Below are positions 41,034 to 56,451 of a stretch of DNA of 64,000 bases, piece by piece (the first letter of the stretch is position 1; each line of letters starts with the position of its first letter). The stretch spans positions 70,246,001 through 70,310,000 of the forward strand of contig OZ024745.1 of NCBI GenBank assembly GCA_964016885.1. The letters are read 5' to 3'. The DNA comes from Eledone cirrhosa. Taxonomy: Eukaryota. The notes beneath the pieces are model-generated. The model was not told the origin of the DNA. It was given only the letters and a program-made list of their open reading frames with translations, and did not search any database. Both the position numbers and the translations under genes were made by a program.

Positions 41034-42074
41034 TATCCATTTTTGTAGAAATTTCAAACCCATTAACGTTTCATGTTTCTCGTTTTAGGTAAGATTTGTT
41101 CGCTTGAAGTAAACAGTACGTTTGCATGTTGCTTGTGGCAATTCGGTATTCCTGTGAGTATAAAATCCCTTACTTATCACCCGTATTCTTAAAGGTAACA
41201 GCCCTCAGCTTCACAGCTAATTTTCTAATGGTGACACCAACTATAGCATAGCACTCTCAGAATGTCTGAGTTGATACATTTCCTTTGGATGTGATCATCA
41301 TTCTCGATAGGATATTTACTTATTCATTTATCTATATATACATTTCTTGTAATACTCTGATATATAGTCGTATAGAGTAATAATCCTTGTGTATTACTTA
41401 AAATTACACTCTTTCTCAAGTTGCAGGTCTTTTCTATTAGTGCACCATAATAGAATTATATTATACTCGGTTAATTTAAGTAGATTGTTTATGTTTATGC
41501 AGTCTCCTATTTATATTTGTTCTCCTTTTTCACATTTAACCAAATATTATAAAGCCAAATTGTTACAATAGTGTTTTTATGATCGAATTGTGTATACGTT
41601 AATATAAATAATTTCTTTAGAGACGTTAGATTTGTAGTTAATAACTGACACACTTGCAAGGAATTTAGTCATAAGCAGGATATGTGAAAAGGTAAGTTAT
41701 TATTATTTATATTAGTACAGTTTAAACAAACAAATAATGAGAACTAAACCCAGACACTTACAAACATTTTATTTAGATTTGAAGGCACTTCTATATAGAT
41801 TTAAAAGAAAAACAATTATATCTTTATATATCTGGGAATAATGTCTTTGTATTTTTCGGCAAGCAAATTAACCGTGATTTGATGTGGAAATGATATGAAT
41901 AAAGCCGCCATTGTACACCAAATACAGGATTTTATTTAATCTATTTAACATAAAAAAACATACAATTCTTATAGAGAGATCTTAGTACTTAATACGTTCC
42001 AAAGTCCTCCTTTGGTACGATGTGTGTGTGTGTATATATATGCTTGTGTATGTGTAGGTATATATATACAAATC

Positions 42075-42133
<59 letters not shown>

Positions 42134-42199
42134 GTGTGTGTGTCTAAATGTGTATGTGTATTTATCAACGTACGTCAGGTTACACACAAATATCCAAAT

Positions 42200-42950
42200 A
42201 AACATATGCGCGTCGGGTCTAAAATACTGTGGGATCTTAATAACAGATTATATCCGCCCTAAATTGTTGTTTGAGGTCAAACACACCACTGGCCCATTTT
42301 CTGGTGCTGGCAGCAATCCCTGAGATAGCCACATTGACCTCCCCAAAAGGAACCAGTTAATGAACCCCGTGGCGTACACCGTATCCTCAAATAAGCTGTT
42401 TTTTGTCAACATAAAATGTCTCTTATATTTTTCTCATCCATTCACTGCTTATATAAAGGTGCTGCCGAGTAATGTAGTTAGCGATCTGCTGGAAGTTAAC
42501 AGTTTTACAGTAGTGTCAGAATATGGATATGGAACTGTATACACCTTCAACAATCCGCTGCCGAGGTGGTCTTCTCTTTATTCTGAAACTCCAACCTTCA
42601 GTGTTATAGAATCTAGAGTCTATGTAGCCAATTAGCATATATAAAACTATACGTTGCAGTGATATGAACTGAGTGGATATTTAGGATCTGAATACTTCGG
42701 GCGCTCAACCTAGACATTTCACCTCACAACCTGCTTATTTCTGATCTAGAGCTATACCCAGATCCCAGATATGGCATGGTTAGATAACATTCTTGGCGAC
42801 GACTGAGTTAATCAATCTGGCAAAAGAGAATGTTTAAATCCGATGCAGAGATATTTTACAAGGATATTTCCAAAGAGGTAAAATAGCCAAGATTAACAAT
42901 GAATCTCCACAATAAGTATATACACAGGATTTTATGAACAGAGAAACAAT
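42200..42950 (+). mobile_element. Possible decayed LINE 5' region (APE endonuclease-like)
   Basis: GC-richer island; FVNIKCL and SDLLEV weakly recall APE motifs (NIRGL, PDLLAL.ET). Not conclusive. Confidence 0.25.
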
Positions 42951-43031
42951 TGCAAAAGATTCGTATATTGACTTTAAGAAAGTCCATTCTATTTGGGGGT
43001 ATATCTATCTCTCTCTATATATATATATATA

Positions 43032-43103
<72 letters not shown>

Positions 43104-43791
43104 GTATAGTCTGTGTGTGTTTGTGTGTGTGTGTGTGTATTTATGAATGTATATATTCCGAATATATAGACACGCACGTCTGTCAAACAGGAGGATTAAC
43201 AGCTACGCTTTCTTTGATCTTCATTTACTCAATGTAATTAACAAACGCATGTCATACAATGCTAAAAATATATATATTTCACTATTGATTTTTCATGTAT
43301 TGCTTTTGTGTACTTATTTCACGTGGTATAATAAATACAAGTATGTCTAAAATTTATAAATAATCTACGTAACCATAGCAATTATGTGTGAAAAATCAAT
43401 TTTATCTGTTTGCACTAATCTAAAATATCGTTAGAAGGTATGAGTCTATGTATTGTGAAAAGTTCTGAAGTTTTATTGATGAATATTGCATAAAATTAAT
43501 GAGTATATTTAATTATAATCTACTTCTGACGAGCTCGTGCATGAGGTCAAGCATGGATTCTGTGAAGGCCACGTTATTTCAGATTCGATCTCACTCCACT
43601 GTTATTTGGGCAAGTTCGTTTTGGTAATCCCCTCCAAATAAGCAACATGTTATGAGGGGAATTTGATTAACACAGATTGTGTAAACTTGTTTTACACACA
43701 AAACACACACACACATACATGCATACACACACATGCACACACACACACACATACACACACACACACACATACGCACACCCACACACACACA

Positions 43792-43848
<57 letters not shown>

Positions 43849-44104
43849 TGCACACACGAAAAGGGTAACGAGCGAATGTCTCGGTTCATTGGAGTGTGGT
43901 GGAAAACACATTATCCCATTTTGCACTCAATAATCCTTTCCTTGGAATGTTTCTTATGTAAGGTCTTTTGTATTTTGAAAACCATCTTCTGTATTTCTAC
44001 TTTTTTGCATGGATTATGTACTAATTAACTGCAGCGAAGAAAAGTTTACTTTCCTTTCATTAAGATTAGATGCGAACTATTCTAGGTTCATGTAATCGTA
44101 AACA

Positions 44105-44208
<104 letters not shown>

Positions 44209-44499
44209 ATCAGTGTTGCTTGATACAAGCAATCGACCAACTCTAATGTAATCACGGGTAGACACTCTACGTCGTGGTTATGATAATGTATTAGGCATAT
44301 GGTATCAGAGCGAGGGTCAAAATTAAGAAGAGAGAAGGTTTCACAAATACAAATACAATTTATTACATGCGAAATGTTATGGATATTTCAAAGGCATCTA
44401 AACATCCTTATGTAACTGTCGTCCAATTAGCTGTCGTCAGCGAGGTGTGTTTAAATGTAAACAGTGTTTTGATTTTGTTTTCGACTTTTGCCTGCCATC

Positions 44500-44558
44500 G
44501 AATGGATGTTAACATTTCAGGTTCTGGGAGGCATCCTGTTCGCAGCAGCGCAACATTT
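44500..44558 (-). ncRNA. Hammerhead-like motif, degenerate core
   Basis: Minus strand AGG(loop)CCT-GAAA-TGTTAACA-TC-CATT with palindromic helix III ATGTTAACAT; 5' core decayed (CTGCTGCGAA). Confidence 0.35.
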
Positions 44559-44561
44559 GTT

Positions 44562-44601
<40 letters not shown>

Positions 44602-44635
44602 TGAGAGATATATGTGTGTGTGTGTGACAGAGGGA

Positions 44636-44675
<40 letters not shown>

Positions 44676-44713
44676 CTTTATGCAAGAAATGTCTACCTGT
44701 TTTATTATTCATT

Positions 44714-44769
<56 letters not shown>

Positions 44770-45223
44770 ATTTATGCATGTATGTATACATGTGAGTATG
44801 TGTGTCTGTGCGTGTGTGTGTATGCGTGTGTGTGTACAATTCAGACTACAACAGATGTGGTTTGTTATGGAATTGTGTAATATGGAATGTGTTAAGGAAA
44901 CATGATATATATTTCAAGAGTTTGAAGAGTATTTGAAGTGTGAATAATATGATGGGTAAATGGGAAATATAATATATGTCTTAAATGATGAATGCTAAAT
45001 TATTATCGATAATGGTTAACGTATTTATATTGATTTGTATGAAGAAACGATAAATGTTTTATACTTGCATGCTGAAAAATATATTATATACTTCATCTTC
45101 TCCTAACTACCCTTCTGCTCTTCCCTATTTCTCTTTACCTATTTCTTTGACATTCTTTCCAACTGGTCTCTTTATCTCTCTCCCTCTATTTACATATCTA
45201 TGTATATAGATATGTGTGTGTGC

Positions 45224-45324
<101 letters not shown>

Positions 45325-45370
45325 TATGTATATATATTTATATATACATATATATATAAAAATACACACG

Positions 45371-45417
<47 letters not shown>

Positions 45418-45421
45418 ACAC

Positions 45422-45456
<35 letters not shown>

Positions 45457-46353
45457 TACAAATTTGTATATATATATAGAGAGAGGGGGATACAAATTTG
45501 TTTACTAAATTGATTAATTTGATGCTTATTCATTGGGGAATTCTTGATATATCAATCGATACACACATATATATATATATATATACTTATATATATATAT
45601 CAATCAAAAGTTTTGTTTGAAGGGTTTTGAAATGCCGTTTTGAAAACCGCTTCTATTTTTATTTTACACCCTGATCGCAATCATTGAATAGATTATATCT
45701 TAAATCTTCCTCACTTCGGACGTTAATGTTTCTGCGTTTATATTTCTCCCATCGCTGAACAAAATAAGACGCAATTTTTCTCAAGCTAAAAAATTGCTTC
45801 AATAGTTCTTTGAAAATGCACTTTCGAATCCAATATACATAAACAAGTTTTACCTACTGTTCAGTATTCCCTTTTTAGTTTTTCACCAAAAGATATTGAT
45901 ATCTTCAAATATGAAAATTCTCCAAATACGTGCATGAGTTTTACAATTTTACTCAGGATTTATTTAAATATATTTCACTGAATTTATTGTTACTCTTCTT
46001 TATGTTTATAGATGTGTACGTCGTTGTAAATACTTGTAAGACATTTGCTTTCGCTTGTAAGTCAATGTATGTGTACGTCAGATTGTATTCACAGTTTTCA
46101 TGTCTATATGAATAGAGGCTATGATTTATCTTCAATATTATGTTAAAAAATTACTCATCAAAGATCATGGCAATTTTCGATCAGAGTATTCAGCCATTTA
46201 CAGCTACAATTATTGATCGGTGCCAGTTTTACAATATATTTTATTTATACTTTTCCCAGGCAAAATACGTGTTTTCAAGTGAAATGAATAGAAGGTTCAC
46301 AGCTATCTAGGAAAATGCTTCCTAATAAAATGAAAAAGGAGAATGCGCAGTGA

Positions 46354-46509
46354 AAATTGCATATGGTGTATAAAACGTGACAAGATTTGTACGAGAGTAA
46401 ACTTGTGATCATAAGATAATGAATATAACTTAAATTGCAAATGGTGTATAAAACGTGACAAGATTTGTACGAGAGTAAACTTGCGATCATAAGATAATGA
46501 ATATAACTT
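46354..46509. repeat. Tandem duplication, 78-bp unit, 2 copies
   Basis: AAATTGCA.ATGGTGTATAAAACGTGACAAG...GAATATAACTT at 46354 and 46432, with two mismatches. Confidence 0.95.
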
Positions 46510-47595
46510 TCATGGATAACGACAGAAAATACGATTTAACGAGTAGAGAAAATATACGGTAGAAAAATGATATACTTGATACTTTGAGAATAGTACAAAA
46601 CAAAATGAATAAAACCCACTGATAAAGAAGAAAAAAAAAATCATATGTTAGATGTAAGATAAAAAATAGGGGTTGAATAAGACAGGGAAATGTATCTATG
46701 GAAGGGAAATAGGAACTTTATTTAACGTAGATATGAAGAAACGTAGATATGAAGAAAATTGAAAAAGTGTGAGAAAAGCTAGGGAAGATCGAATAATGAT
46801 TGGAAAGGAAAGAACAAACATGTTTCCGACCTGGAAAATAGAAACCAATGAGATCTCATTGGTTTCTATTCTGTTTGAAACAGAATGCTGAAAATTTAAT
46901 GATATACAGATATCAAATTGTATAGATGCTTGCTTTAGAAATATCACTTAAGATAAAGGTAGCTGTATACAAGTATATAGAAAGTTAATCTATCATTTCT
47001 GTTCTGGTATTTCAAACAGGTTCTTTTAATGGCAATTATAGGCATTATTGTCTGAATCAAATTTCTATGAAAATTTGCGAGATTACGTAGTTGCTTATAA
47101 AACTTTTATAGTTAAATAAATATAAATATGACTAAGCGTGCTATTATTTCATTTTAAAATGTATTGTATTGCCCTAGATAATTTAAACCACGGGAAGTTT
47201 GTTCAATGTGTTATCATTTATACATTTATTAAAACAAAATGTCCAATATTGTCATTACTATAATATATTTATCTATTTAAAACAGTGATATAAACAAGTG
47301 TATAGTGATCACAATATAAATGTTTTATGGATTAGAATTCCCACCCAAAGAGAACAAAACATGGCAAGGTATATTCATAATGAATACTTTTCCCTATACC
47401 AGTAACATATTTCATAAAATAGTCTTTTTGCTGGTTATCAAAATGCTAATTTTAAACGATATTGAAATCTTTTTACTGGATGACGGCTATATGATGTTCC
47501 ATTTATAAAAATGTCTACTTCTATTTTGTTTTCTTATCGTTTTACATTTGTTCGCTTCGTATATATATATGTATGCAGAAACACACACGCGCGCA

Positions 47596-48459
47596 TTCGG
47601 AGAGGCTCTGGGCGTCGACGAAGTCGAACTGACCAGTCTGTTCCGGAGGACTTTCGAGCCGCGGACGATGGATAACTTCCAGAAATCCCTCGCTTGGCAG
47701 CGCTACTGGGAGGCACTGGCCGTTCAAGATGAACTCTACAGGCACGGAAGTGCTGTCAGACGGACCTGACCGAGATGCCCGCAGAGCGACGAAATCGTTC
47801 TGAACTCAATCGTCCAATGTCCGTTCATTACTGACTTGTGGAGATATGTTGAACAGCTGTTGTCGCGCGTAGAACGGATCTGGCTACCGGCCGAGTCCAT
47901 AGTGAAGATCGACCCACCGCCTGCTTTTGGCCAAGAAGGGCAGGCAATTTTGCTCTGTCTGGTGGCTGTTGCCAAAGATGTTGTCTGGTGGACCAGGTTG
48001 AAAGGACTGAAAACAGACACTTTTCTCTTCGGCCAATTTCTCATCAACTTCTTCAAGTTTCACCTGGAAAGGAAGGTGAGAGTGGAGAGAGAAGTGACCC
48101 CCACCCCCAGTACATTTTCTAAAAGGTGGATGAATGTGGCGAGAATGGCCTGCGTGAGTGGGACTACTCTGACCATGCGTCTGTACGCTGGTTAATTTGA
48201 GGAGAGTGGGGGGGGGCTCCCCGGGTGCCCTAGAAGCATCGGGAAGTTCACGATTGATGGGGTTCCTGAGACGCCACTGGGTCGTCTACACCCTATTGGG
48301 GAATTTATTTTGTTATGTTTATGCATAGTTTATTTTATCTTTTCATTGTTAAATTGGTCTTGCCATTGTGCACTTGTACCCGAGCTTATTGTAAACCCCT
48401 AATATCCGTGTCTTTGTATTGTCCCCTACATGTCGGCCCTTGTGGCCAATAAATGAAAT
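47596..48459 (+). mobile_element. 3' end of L1/Tx1-clade LINE (zf-RVT region plus 3' UTR)
   Basis: FQKSLAW...ALAVQDELYRHG...*PRCPQSDEIVLNSIVQC...LW, then AKDVVWWTR. AATAAA at 48448 followed by microsatellite. Confidence 0.85.
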
Positions 48460-48487
48460 CATTATCATTATCATCAGTGGTAGTCGT

Positions 48488-48489
48488 AC

Positions 48490-48557
<68 letters not shown>

Positions 48558-48610
48558 ATAGTAGAAGTAGTAGTAGTAGTAGTAGTTGTTGTTGTTGTTG
48601 TTGTTGTTGT
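48488..48610. repeat. (TAG)n(TTG)n microsatellite
   Basis: Directly visible. Confidence 0.95.
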
Positions 48611-48782
48611 GTCATCTCAAATAGTTTGGTTTCTCAGACGACATTAAACAGAGCTTGTTGGTAAATATATTGAGACCATTATTTTAACTTAGAAACAATA
48701 AACAAACATACGTTAAGACAAAGACATATGCATATGTACATAGATACATACATACCGTAATCTATACACCCACACATATATT

Positions 48783-48836
<54 letters not shown>

Positions 48837-48840
48837 AGCA

Positions 48841-48900
48841 AGGGGGTGCGTGGTTCTGATGAACGCCAACCACCGTGAAACAGACTGTCAACCTCTCTCT
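48841..48900 (+). ncRNA. Canonical type I hammerhead ribozyme, predicted cleavage after C48889
   Basis: GGTT-CTGATGA-ACG(CCAACCAC)CGT-GAAA-CAG(A)CTG-TC-AACC: perfect core, helices I GGTT/AACC, II ACG/CGT, III ACAG/CTGT, GUC triplet. Helix I can extend via AGGGG/TCTCT. Confidence 0.88.
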
Positions 48901-49017
48901 CCCTCTTTCGCCTAAAATAAGTAAATGACATAGTCACTACTTTAAAACTGATAGCGTATGGGTCTTCTATTTTTTTAATTAGACATACGGTATATTGCCA
49001 AATATACTATACATACA

Positions 49018-49063
<46 letters not shown>

Positions 49064-49700
49064 AACTGGTCAACTATTTTGAATGGCTACGTCTATCCAC
49101 TTGTGAACCATAGATGACCTTGGGCAATCAAATGTGAAATGGGAATAATCCTTTATTTCACAGATGTCATAGCATTTCCATCGCCGTTTTTTTACCTATT
49201 TACTAAGTCCCATTCTGACTTCTTTATCAACATTTTCCCTTTTGCCGCCATTTTTAATGTATTTTAATTTTGCTCACTAGTACTGCGTACGATTTTTTTT
49301 TGCTCCTTCATTTTCTCTACCTGCAAATGTATGTCTCATTGTCTCGGTAATTTCAACCATCATTATTACGTGAATTACGTGAATACCGCCACTGACAACA
49401 TGAAATACTACATAACAATACAAGAACATCATGAAAAATAAAATTTTAAAAATAGTAATTTCACCAATTCCTATTTCCTATTTCACCTTTAAATGGTTCC
49501 TCTTCTATCAAATGTCTAACACAACAGCAGAAACAATATGTTCTATACGTCCACCAACATCATCACCAGTATCATCAGCATTCTCGTCAATATGTTCATG
49601 ATCATCAGCATTTGTAACATGTTAATCCACTTCTCCGTCTAGCATTACCACCTCTGCAACGACTATCTTCATTATTTTTCGTGGAGTAATGTTTGTGGAT

Positions 49701-49775
<75 letters not shown>

Positions 49776-51979
49776 AAAATCAAGCCAAACGTAATGATAG
49801 TTTTAGAGGAGAGCGCATTTATAATTCAAAGAGATTGTTACATAGAAAGTTCTTCATTGTGTTTTGGTGTTGTTTTTGAAACCTTTAAAGTCTTTCGATA
49901 ATAGAGAATTAATCGAATATTTGATTCGCAACGTTTGCAGTAGCAGTTTATCTAATTAGATATGTTTTGAAGGGGAAGGAGAACAGAAATCAGTAGAGCC
50001 TAGTATATGTGAATGTGTTGTGGCTACGTGTGTTGTTTGGGCAGTATACTGAGTGAAAGAGAAAAAGAGAATTCGGGGGTGTTCTGCGTGTATGTGTTAG
50101 TGATATAATGTGAAACTTCAACTGTGCCAATACTACAGAGACGGAGGAGGCTAAAATGATTGCGTGTAAAGAGAATTTACTTTAGAGGATGTAGTAAAGA
50201 AATATAACATTCTCTCCACTTCACAGAATCAGAAAAACTAATGAGCAAATTGCCAAAATAATAGAGAATTGAAGCTAAATACCTTATCACCTCCGTTCAA
50301 AAAAAAAAAAAAAAATTCTATTTATTTATATATTTATAAATTTATTTTTGTAGTTCTAATACCCCAATTCTGTTAGTGGTGTTCTTTCATACTACAACAA
50401 CTTTTTTTAGGAATTTCTTCTGCTTTAATTTTCTTCTTCATTCATTCATACACTCTGGCGTAATCACCATGAAAGTATATATTTTTGTTTTAGATCTATA
50501 TTCTCTCTCTAAACCCGAATATCTTTCGAGTAAATGATGTTAAGAAAGACATATTCTTTTATTCTTATATATCCTTGTAATTTATAATCGGTGCCTTATC
50601 ACTTCATAAGCATTTTTTCCAATCAAGTTATAATCTGAAATGTCTTATGTGAGAAAAAGTAACAAAACTATATCAATTTTTGCCATTTTCTTTACTTTTA
50701 AACTATTCTTAGAAGATATATGTTTGTTTACCTTAATTAATGTAGTCTAGTATTTCTAAGCTATATGTTTTTGTGTTCCTCCTTTTTTTGCAGTGCAAAC
50801 TTAAAATTAATGGCAATAACGTTTCAATATTTAGGATATAATTATCCAGTGAAAGCTACAATTAAAATATCTATAAATCCTTACACATAATAGGAGTCTT
50901 TAGTAGAAAGAAGTAAAAACTATTCAAATATATAAAGATAAAGTTTATTTTTCTTGAAATGATATTTTTAAAATTCAGATTAATCGATGAGTTTGCCTTC
51001 TCTCGTCCAAATCTTTTTCGGATAAAATTATTTTATTAATTATTTCATCGCATTTTGAAATTGTTTTCAATTTTATGAACCATTTTATTAACTGATAAAG
51101 AAATACTACATCAAGTAAAATCAATTGTTCGCCAATAATTTTCCGATTCTTTCCCACAGATAATTGTCCAGTTGTAGGGGAGCAGAAATGTAATTTTCAA
51201 CAAACCAGTTGTTTCTGTTCTACCGACCTTTCTGTCAATCCAATGATAATTTTCTTTGATTTTTCTTCAACTTCACACTATTGTTTGTGTCCCTCTTTCT
51301 CTCTCTCTCTCTCTCTCTCCTTCGTTCTCTATCTCTCTCCCTCTCCCCTTTCTCTCTCCTCCCCGCTTCTTTCTTTCTCTACACTTCCTACTTTTACTAT
51401 TCTCTTTCCTAGAGAAATAATTACACAAAATACGTGCAAATACTTTTCAACCAATCAGCTAAGGCATTATAGGTCATATGGCTATGTTTATGGCTTGTCT
51501 TAGAGCCCAAAAAGCAAATCACGTTTGGACTATGTTAGAAGAATGGTGAAAAGAAGGTTCCACGAAAACGTACTGGACCCCTACCTGTGGGTAGCCTCTT
51601 TGCCCGCAGAGTCGACACACACATTCCTTGAAAGTTAAGTAGTAATATTTTCTTCCCTAAATTGATATGCTGATATATAGCCAATAGACACGTATATGTT
51701 TTTAACTGATTAACACATGGTGCTCTTTACGCCGACTACACGCGCGCAGGCGTACTAATAGTATTTATGGCACTAATCAGCAGGTTTGCAGGAGCACATG
51801 CACAATAACAAACACAACAACACACATAAACACAACACACATACTTACACATACTTATGTCCCAATTAAAAGAATCTAATTAAAATATTTTCTTTTCAAA
51901 TGATTTATGTATACGTTTTTATATTTTGAAATAATTTTCTTGTATTTTAAAAGCTTAATTACATGTGTGTGTGTGTGTG

Positions 51980-52063
<84 letters not shown>

Positions 52064-53233
52064 GTGTGTGTGTCTAAACTTAAGCATCAAGTTAATCATT
52101 TTCATATTAATAAATTCTTTTTATGTTTTTGCCTTATTGAGATCATTTACTAAACTTCTAGATTTAAACTTATTATTTTAATCCTACACATAATGTATAA
52201 TAATGTAAATTTATAATGTGAAATAAATTCAAATTGAATTATTCCAAAAGAAAACTATGCCATACGTGTGCATTCATAATTAAAGACAATTTACTAATTA
52301 CTTCCGATACCAAATGGAGTTATTTATCATTAAACATCAATAATGAAATACTGAATATAACCAGAAGTATTTCTCTCTGTATTTCCTTGTAAAACATCCG
52401 TAATTCTTAGTAGAAATATTTAGTTAAAAAGGTTAAATTCAAAAGGTGCAACACATGATCTATTAAATCATCTATTTATGATATTTATTCATAAAGGCTA
52501 TAGTGTATAACTATATATATTTATATATATTTATTTTAGCCCACACTATATATATATAAACAGATGTAAACATAGTGTCTGTATATACAGTATCTTCATA
52601 AGATTGTAAGAAAATATATTTAAAACAAAAATATTATATTATATTAATGCATTCAACTTCTTATCAAAATGCATTTTGCAAACGACATTGACATTTTTAT
52701 TGCAGAGAAAATTCCGTAACTTTCAAACTATTCAATAACTTTCTCAGAAATTTCGTCAAAGTTTTAATTAATAAGATTCTCAGATAACGTTGTTGTTTTT
52801 TTTTGTTTTTTGTTTTTTTTAATACTTTTCATCTGAAGTAAACTTACGAAAGACATATGAATGATCTTATTACTGTTCATGTTGTATTTTTCGTTCTGTC
52901 TGAATATCCAAGGACGGTTATATTTATATAATAGTTTCGAAATTAGCTTTTACTGAGTATTGTATTTGGATGCATGTCACTACGTGGGATAGATGATCGA
53001 ACGTAGGAGTTTGAATTTGCATATAGTTGTATGTATTAGCAATCCTACAGGGAGAGAGAGAGAGAGAAAGAAAGAAAGAAAGAGAAAGGAAAGATACAAC
53101 GAGAGGAATAGACAGGCAGATAGATAGATATGTATAATTGTGTTGCTATATTTTCATTGTATATATTAAACATTCCGTTATAAGGTCCCGTGAAATCTAT
53201 CTTTAGACCTCTTTACGCTATATATGCAAGCAT

Positions 53234-53265
<32 letters not shown>

Positions 53266-53357
53266 CCGAAGACGCTTGGCGAGTTAGCGGTTAGAGTTTG
53301 ATCTCTAGACAGGATGGTTTGTGATGACCTTGAGTACGTCACCAACACACAAACACA

Positions 53358-53460
<103 letters not shown>

Positions 53461-53504
53461 ATGTATGTATGCTTTTCCGTAGGTTAGCGAGAAAAACCAG
53501 TTAT

Positions 53505-53570
53505 TTCGTATCAGACAGAAATTGCTTCTACAGGACTAGAACTGTTCCATACGTGAGAAATTAGCAGTAA
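53505..53570 (-). mobile_element. Family B element fragment with decayed HHR
   Basis: GCTTCTACAGGACTAGAACTGTTCCATACGTGAGAAATTAGCAG matches 58831-58874. Confidence 0.65.
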
Positions 53571-53664
53571 TGTGACATTTATGAGGCCTTACGAAAGAAA
53601 TAGTTATTGTCCTGTAGAAGTCATCTCTACATGTACACACACACACAGGCACACACACACACAT

Positions 53665-53703
<39 letters not shown>

Positions 53704-53750
53704 AGATGTCACCTCGTCCATACCATATTATCAATTATATATATATATAT

Positions 53751-53878
53751 ATATGAAGATTCGGGACACCCTCGACTGAGATCCTACCGTATCAACGGCT
53801 AGATCCGAACAGATCCGTTCGGAATCTACCTGTCGAAGTGGCAGGAGCTCAGACGTCGGGCTCCCGAATTTTTCATAT
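53751..53878. mobile_element. Diverged family-A-like fold-back element
   Basis: ATATGAAGATTCGGGA...CCGAAC(AGATCC)GTTCGG...TCCCGAATTTTTCATAT imperfect palindrome containing GTCGAAGTGGCAGGAGCTCAGACGTCGGG. Confidence 0.7.
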
Positions 53879-54542
53879 ATATATATTTCGTTGCTATGGC
53901 AATGCGGCTGGAATGCCAGTCGCTATATTTGATTTGCAAAGCTGTCTAAACGTATAGTTATAACTCTGGGGTATTATTCTCCTATAACTGAAGAAGACAC
54001 GTGGAATAGAAAATATGTTATCTAACACGTAAACAGTATGGTTACATTGTTAGTGTTTACACTAAATAAAATGAAAACAAAACTGTCGTTTCATGTTCAA
54101 GACCTCATTAAAGAAGAGTAAAGTGAGAAGAGAATAAAAATGAAATAAGAGAACGATAAATAATTCAAAGAATAAACATATTTCCTACGACTAGGGTTTG
54201 CATGCTTGTGTGTATTTATATATGTGTGTATGTATGAATGTATGTATGTGTGAATGTATATATGTATGTATCTATATGGGTATAAATTTATATACTTATA
54301 CATGTGTGTGTTAGATGGTCTTATTTTCAATGAACAGGTATTTCAATTGTTGACTAAACTGGAGTACATCAGTTTGACTGTGTGCCCCAAATGTTATAAG
54401 ATGATGTATTTTCGGAAAAACACTGGTGCAGATCTTACGGCGCATTAAATCTCAGTTTCCCTATAACATATTTCAACATCTCATCCATAATGTTGTTAAT
54501 GACCGGATGTCATGTGGTGCAGGTTCTAAGACACTATATATA

Positions 54543-54672
<130 letters not shown>

Positions 54673-54701
54673 TATAAATATATACACCTACTATGTATAT
54701 G

Positions 54702-54734
<33 letters not shown>

Positions 54735-54999
54735 ACATACATTTACATAAATATATACACCTATAATAGATATACCTACGCCAAACATTGTGACTAATCG
54801 GGGTTGCGTATGCAGCGCGCCAATCGGGGAATAATGATGCAATTCGATTGAAGCATTCAACGCCGTGCGTTTTCTTCTAAATCTGATTTGTCAGTCTGTG
54901 ACTGAGTATATGTAGAATAAGGAAAATGCGAAGTTTGTTTAGATGTTAAACATGTTTTATTAACAAATCTTTGTTACATTCAATGAACATCTTGTTTAA

Positions 55000-55330
55000 T
55001 AGTTGTTCAATCATACAATCAATGGCGCCATATCATCAGACATCACTGTGTGTGATAATGTTACGTTTCCGAGGTAATCCATTCTAAAGTCAAGGAAACG
55101 GACAGAAATTATGTTTGCATAGATATACGCAGGGGTTGAGATGGAGAGCGGTTCGAGCATCTGTCTATCACCCACACCCTCTAGGCGGCTACGAAAATGT
55201 TTACTTTGATACAAATCCAAAGTCTACGATACGAGAATGTTAAAGTTCTGAATTCTTGCTGACAAATCATAGTTTCCTCCACTTTGGTCACGATTAGGTC
55301 TCAAAATCTTTAACGAATTCACAAATATAC
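55000..55330 (-). mobile_element. Old RTE/BovB-type RT fragment
   Basis: EPLSISTPAYIY...DYLGNVTLSHTVMSDDM resembles the RTE thumb-proximal QP...P.I.I...F.YLGSTLS....IDDE. Confidence 0.4.
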
Positions 55331-56380
55331 TAGAGAAGAATCAAGGGTTATTAAATATATTGCTACAAAAGATGAAGTCACCTTAAGTAATATGGCATTA
55401 GGACTCTTATTGAACTTGACCTTAAAATGAATAGTAATTATCGGTATTGTCATCAATTTTCCCCGAAGCAAAGTTTCACTAGATAATTACAAAGCTGTTT
55501 ATATCTAATAATATTGCTTTAGAATTTTAGTTGTGTAATTCTGTAATTCACAGATATTAGTTAAATATAAATAAGAATTTTCTATTGACCCAAATTGTGA
55601 ATTTTAGATCGCTTAAGTCTCTTAATTTCATTAGCGTTGCCCTATTAGACATATATAATTATTTCAATTTAATAACTTGCCCCACTGACATTTAAACTAC
55701 CAACTATATAATTAGCAGTTACATCAAGCCAGCTAATAAAAATATAACATATATAGTTGAAGGGATCATATTAAGTTGGCTATAAAAGAACGTTTTATCT
55801 TATTCTGTTCTGTTAGCTAATAACCTATGAATAGTCGTGGACTACATATCTTAATAATGGCTTGAAATACAATTGTTATCAACAATAAGAATATACACAG
55901 TTTCTTCAATTCTTAATAAATATTCTAAAGATAAATATAAGTTTGTTATGTGCATTTTTTTAATCAATGCTTAATTAAATATACTCTCATACATGTATAC
56001 AGCAATCGATACGTTCATTGGGTACTGAGGATACACTATTCACTTTTAGAATAATCAAATTCAGTTGTTAATACATATACTAAAGGTACAACATATTTGA
56101 GAACAGTAACATACATCTATATATTTTGAAGTAAAATATATTGACTATTTATATAGTGAGAAAGAACAAGTTAAAAGTGAGAAATGTTCGAAGATTCGAA
56201 AGCTTGAAACGTAATATTCCTTCGCCTAGTGTAACAGCACAGCATGTCCCTGGAGTGCCTTTACCAGTCTGCTCTCTGGCAAGCTTCAGGCTCGGTTTAC
56301 GAGTGAACACAGATTTTATTTAAAGGAACGCCACATTGGTTTACTACATGGCTAAACAAAGACATACGCACACAAACACA

Positions 56381-56449
<69 letters not shown>

Positions 56450-56451
<2 letters not shown>

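Noticed and set aside
41089-41153. Possible small exon (polypyrimidine-AG ... GTGAGT)
   Set aside because: Splice-like signals alone; no recognisable protein and no partner exons. Needs RNA-seq.
45600-45930. Possible Helitron or DNA-transposon fragment
   Set aside because: No termini, hairpin-CTAG end or second copy identifiable.
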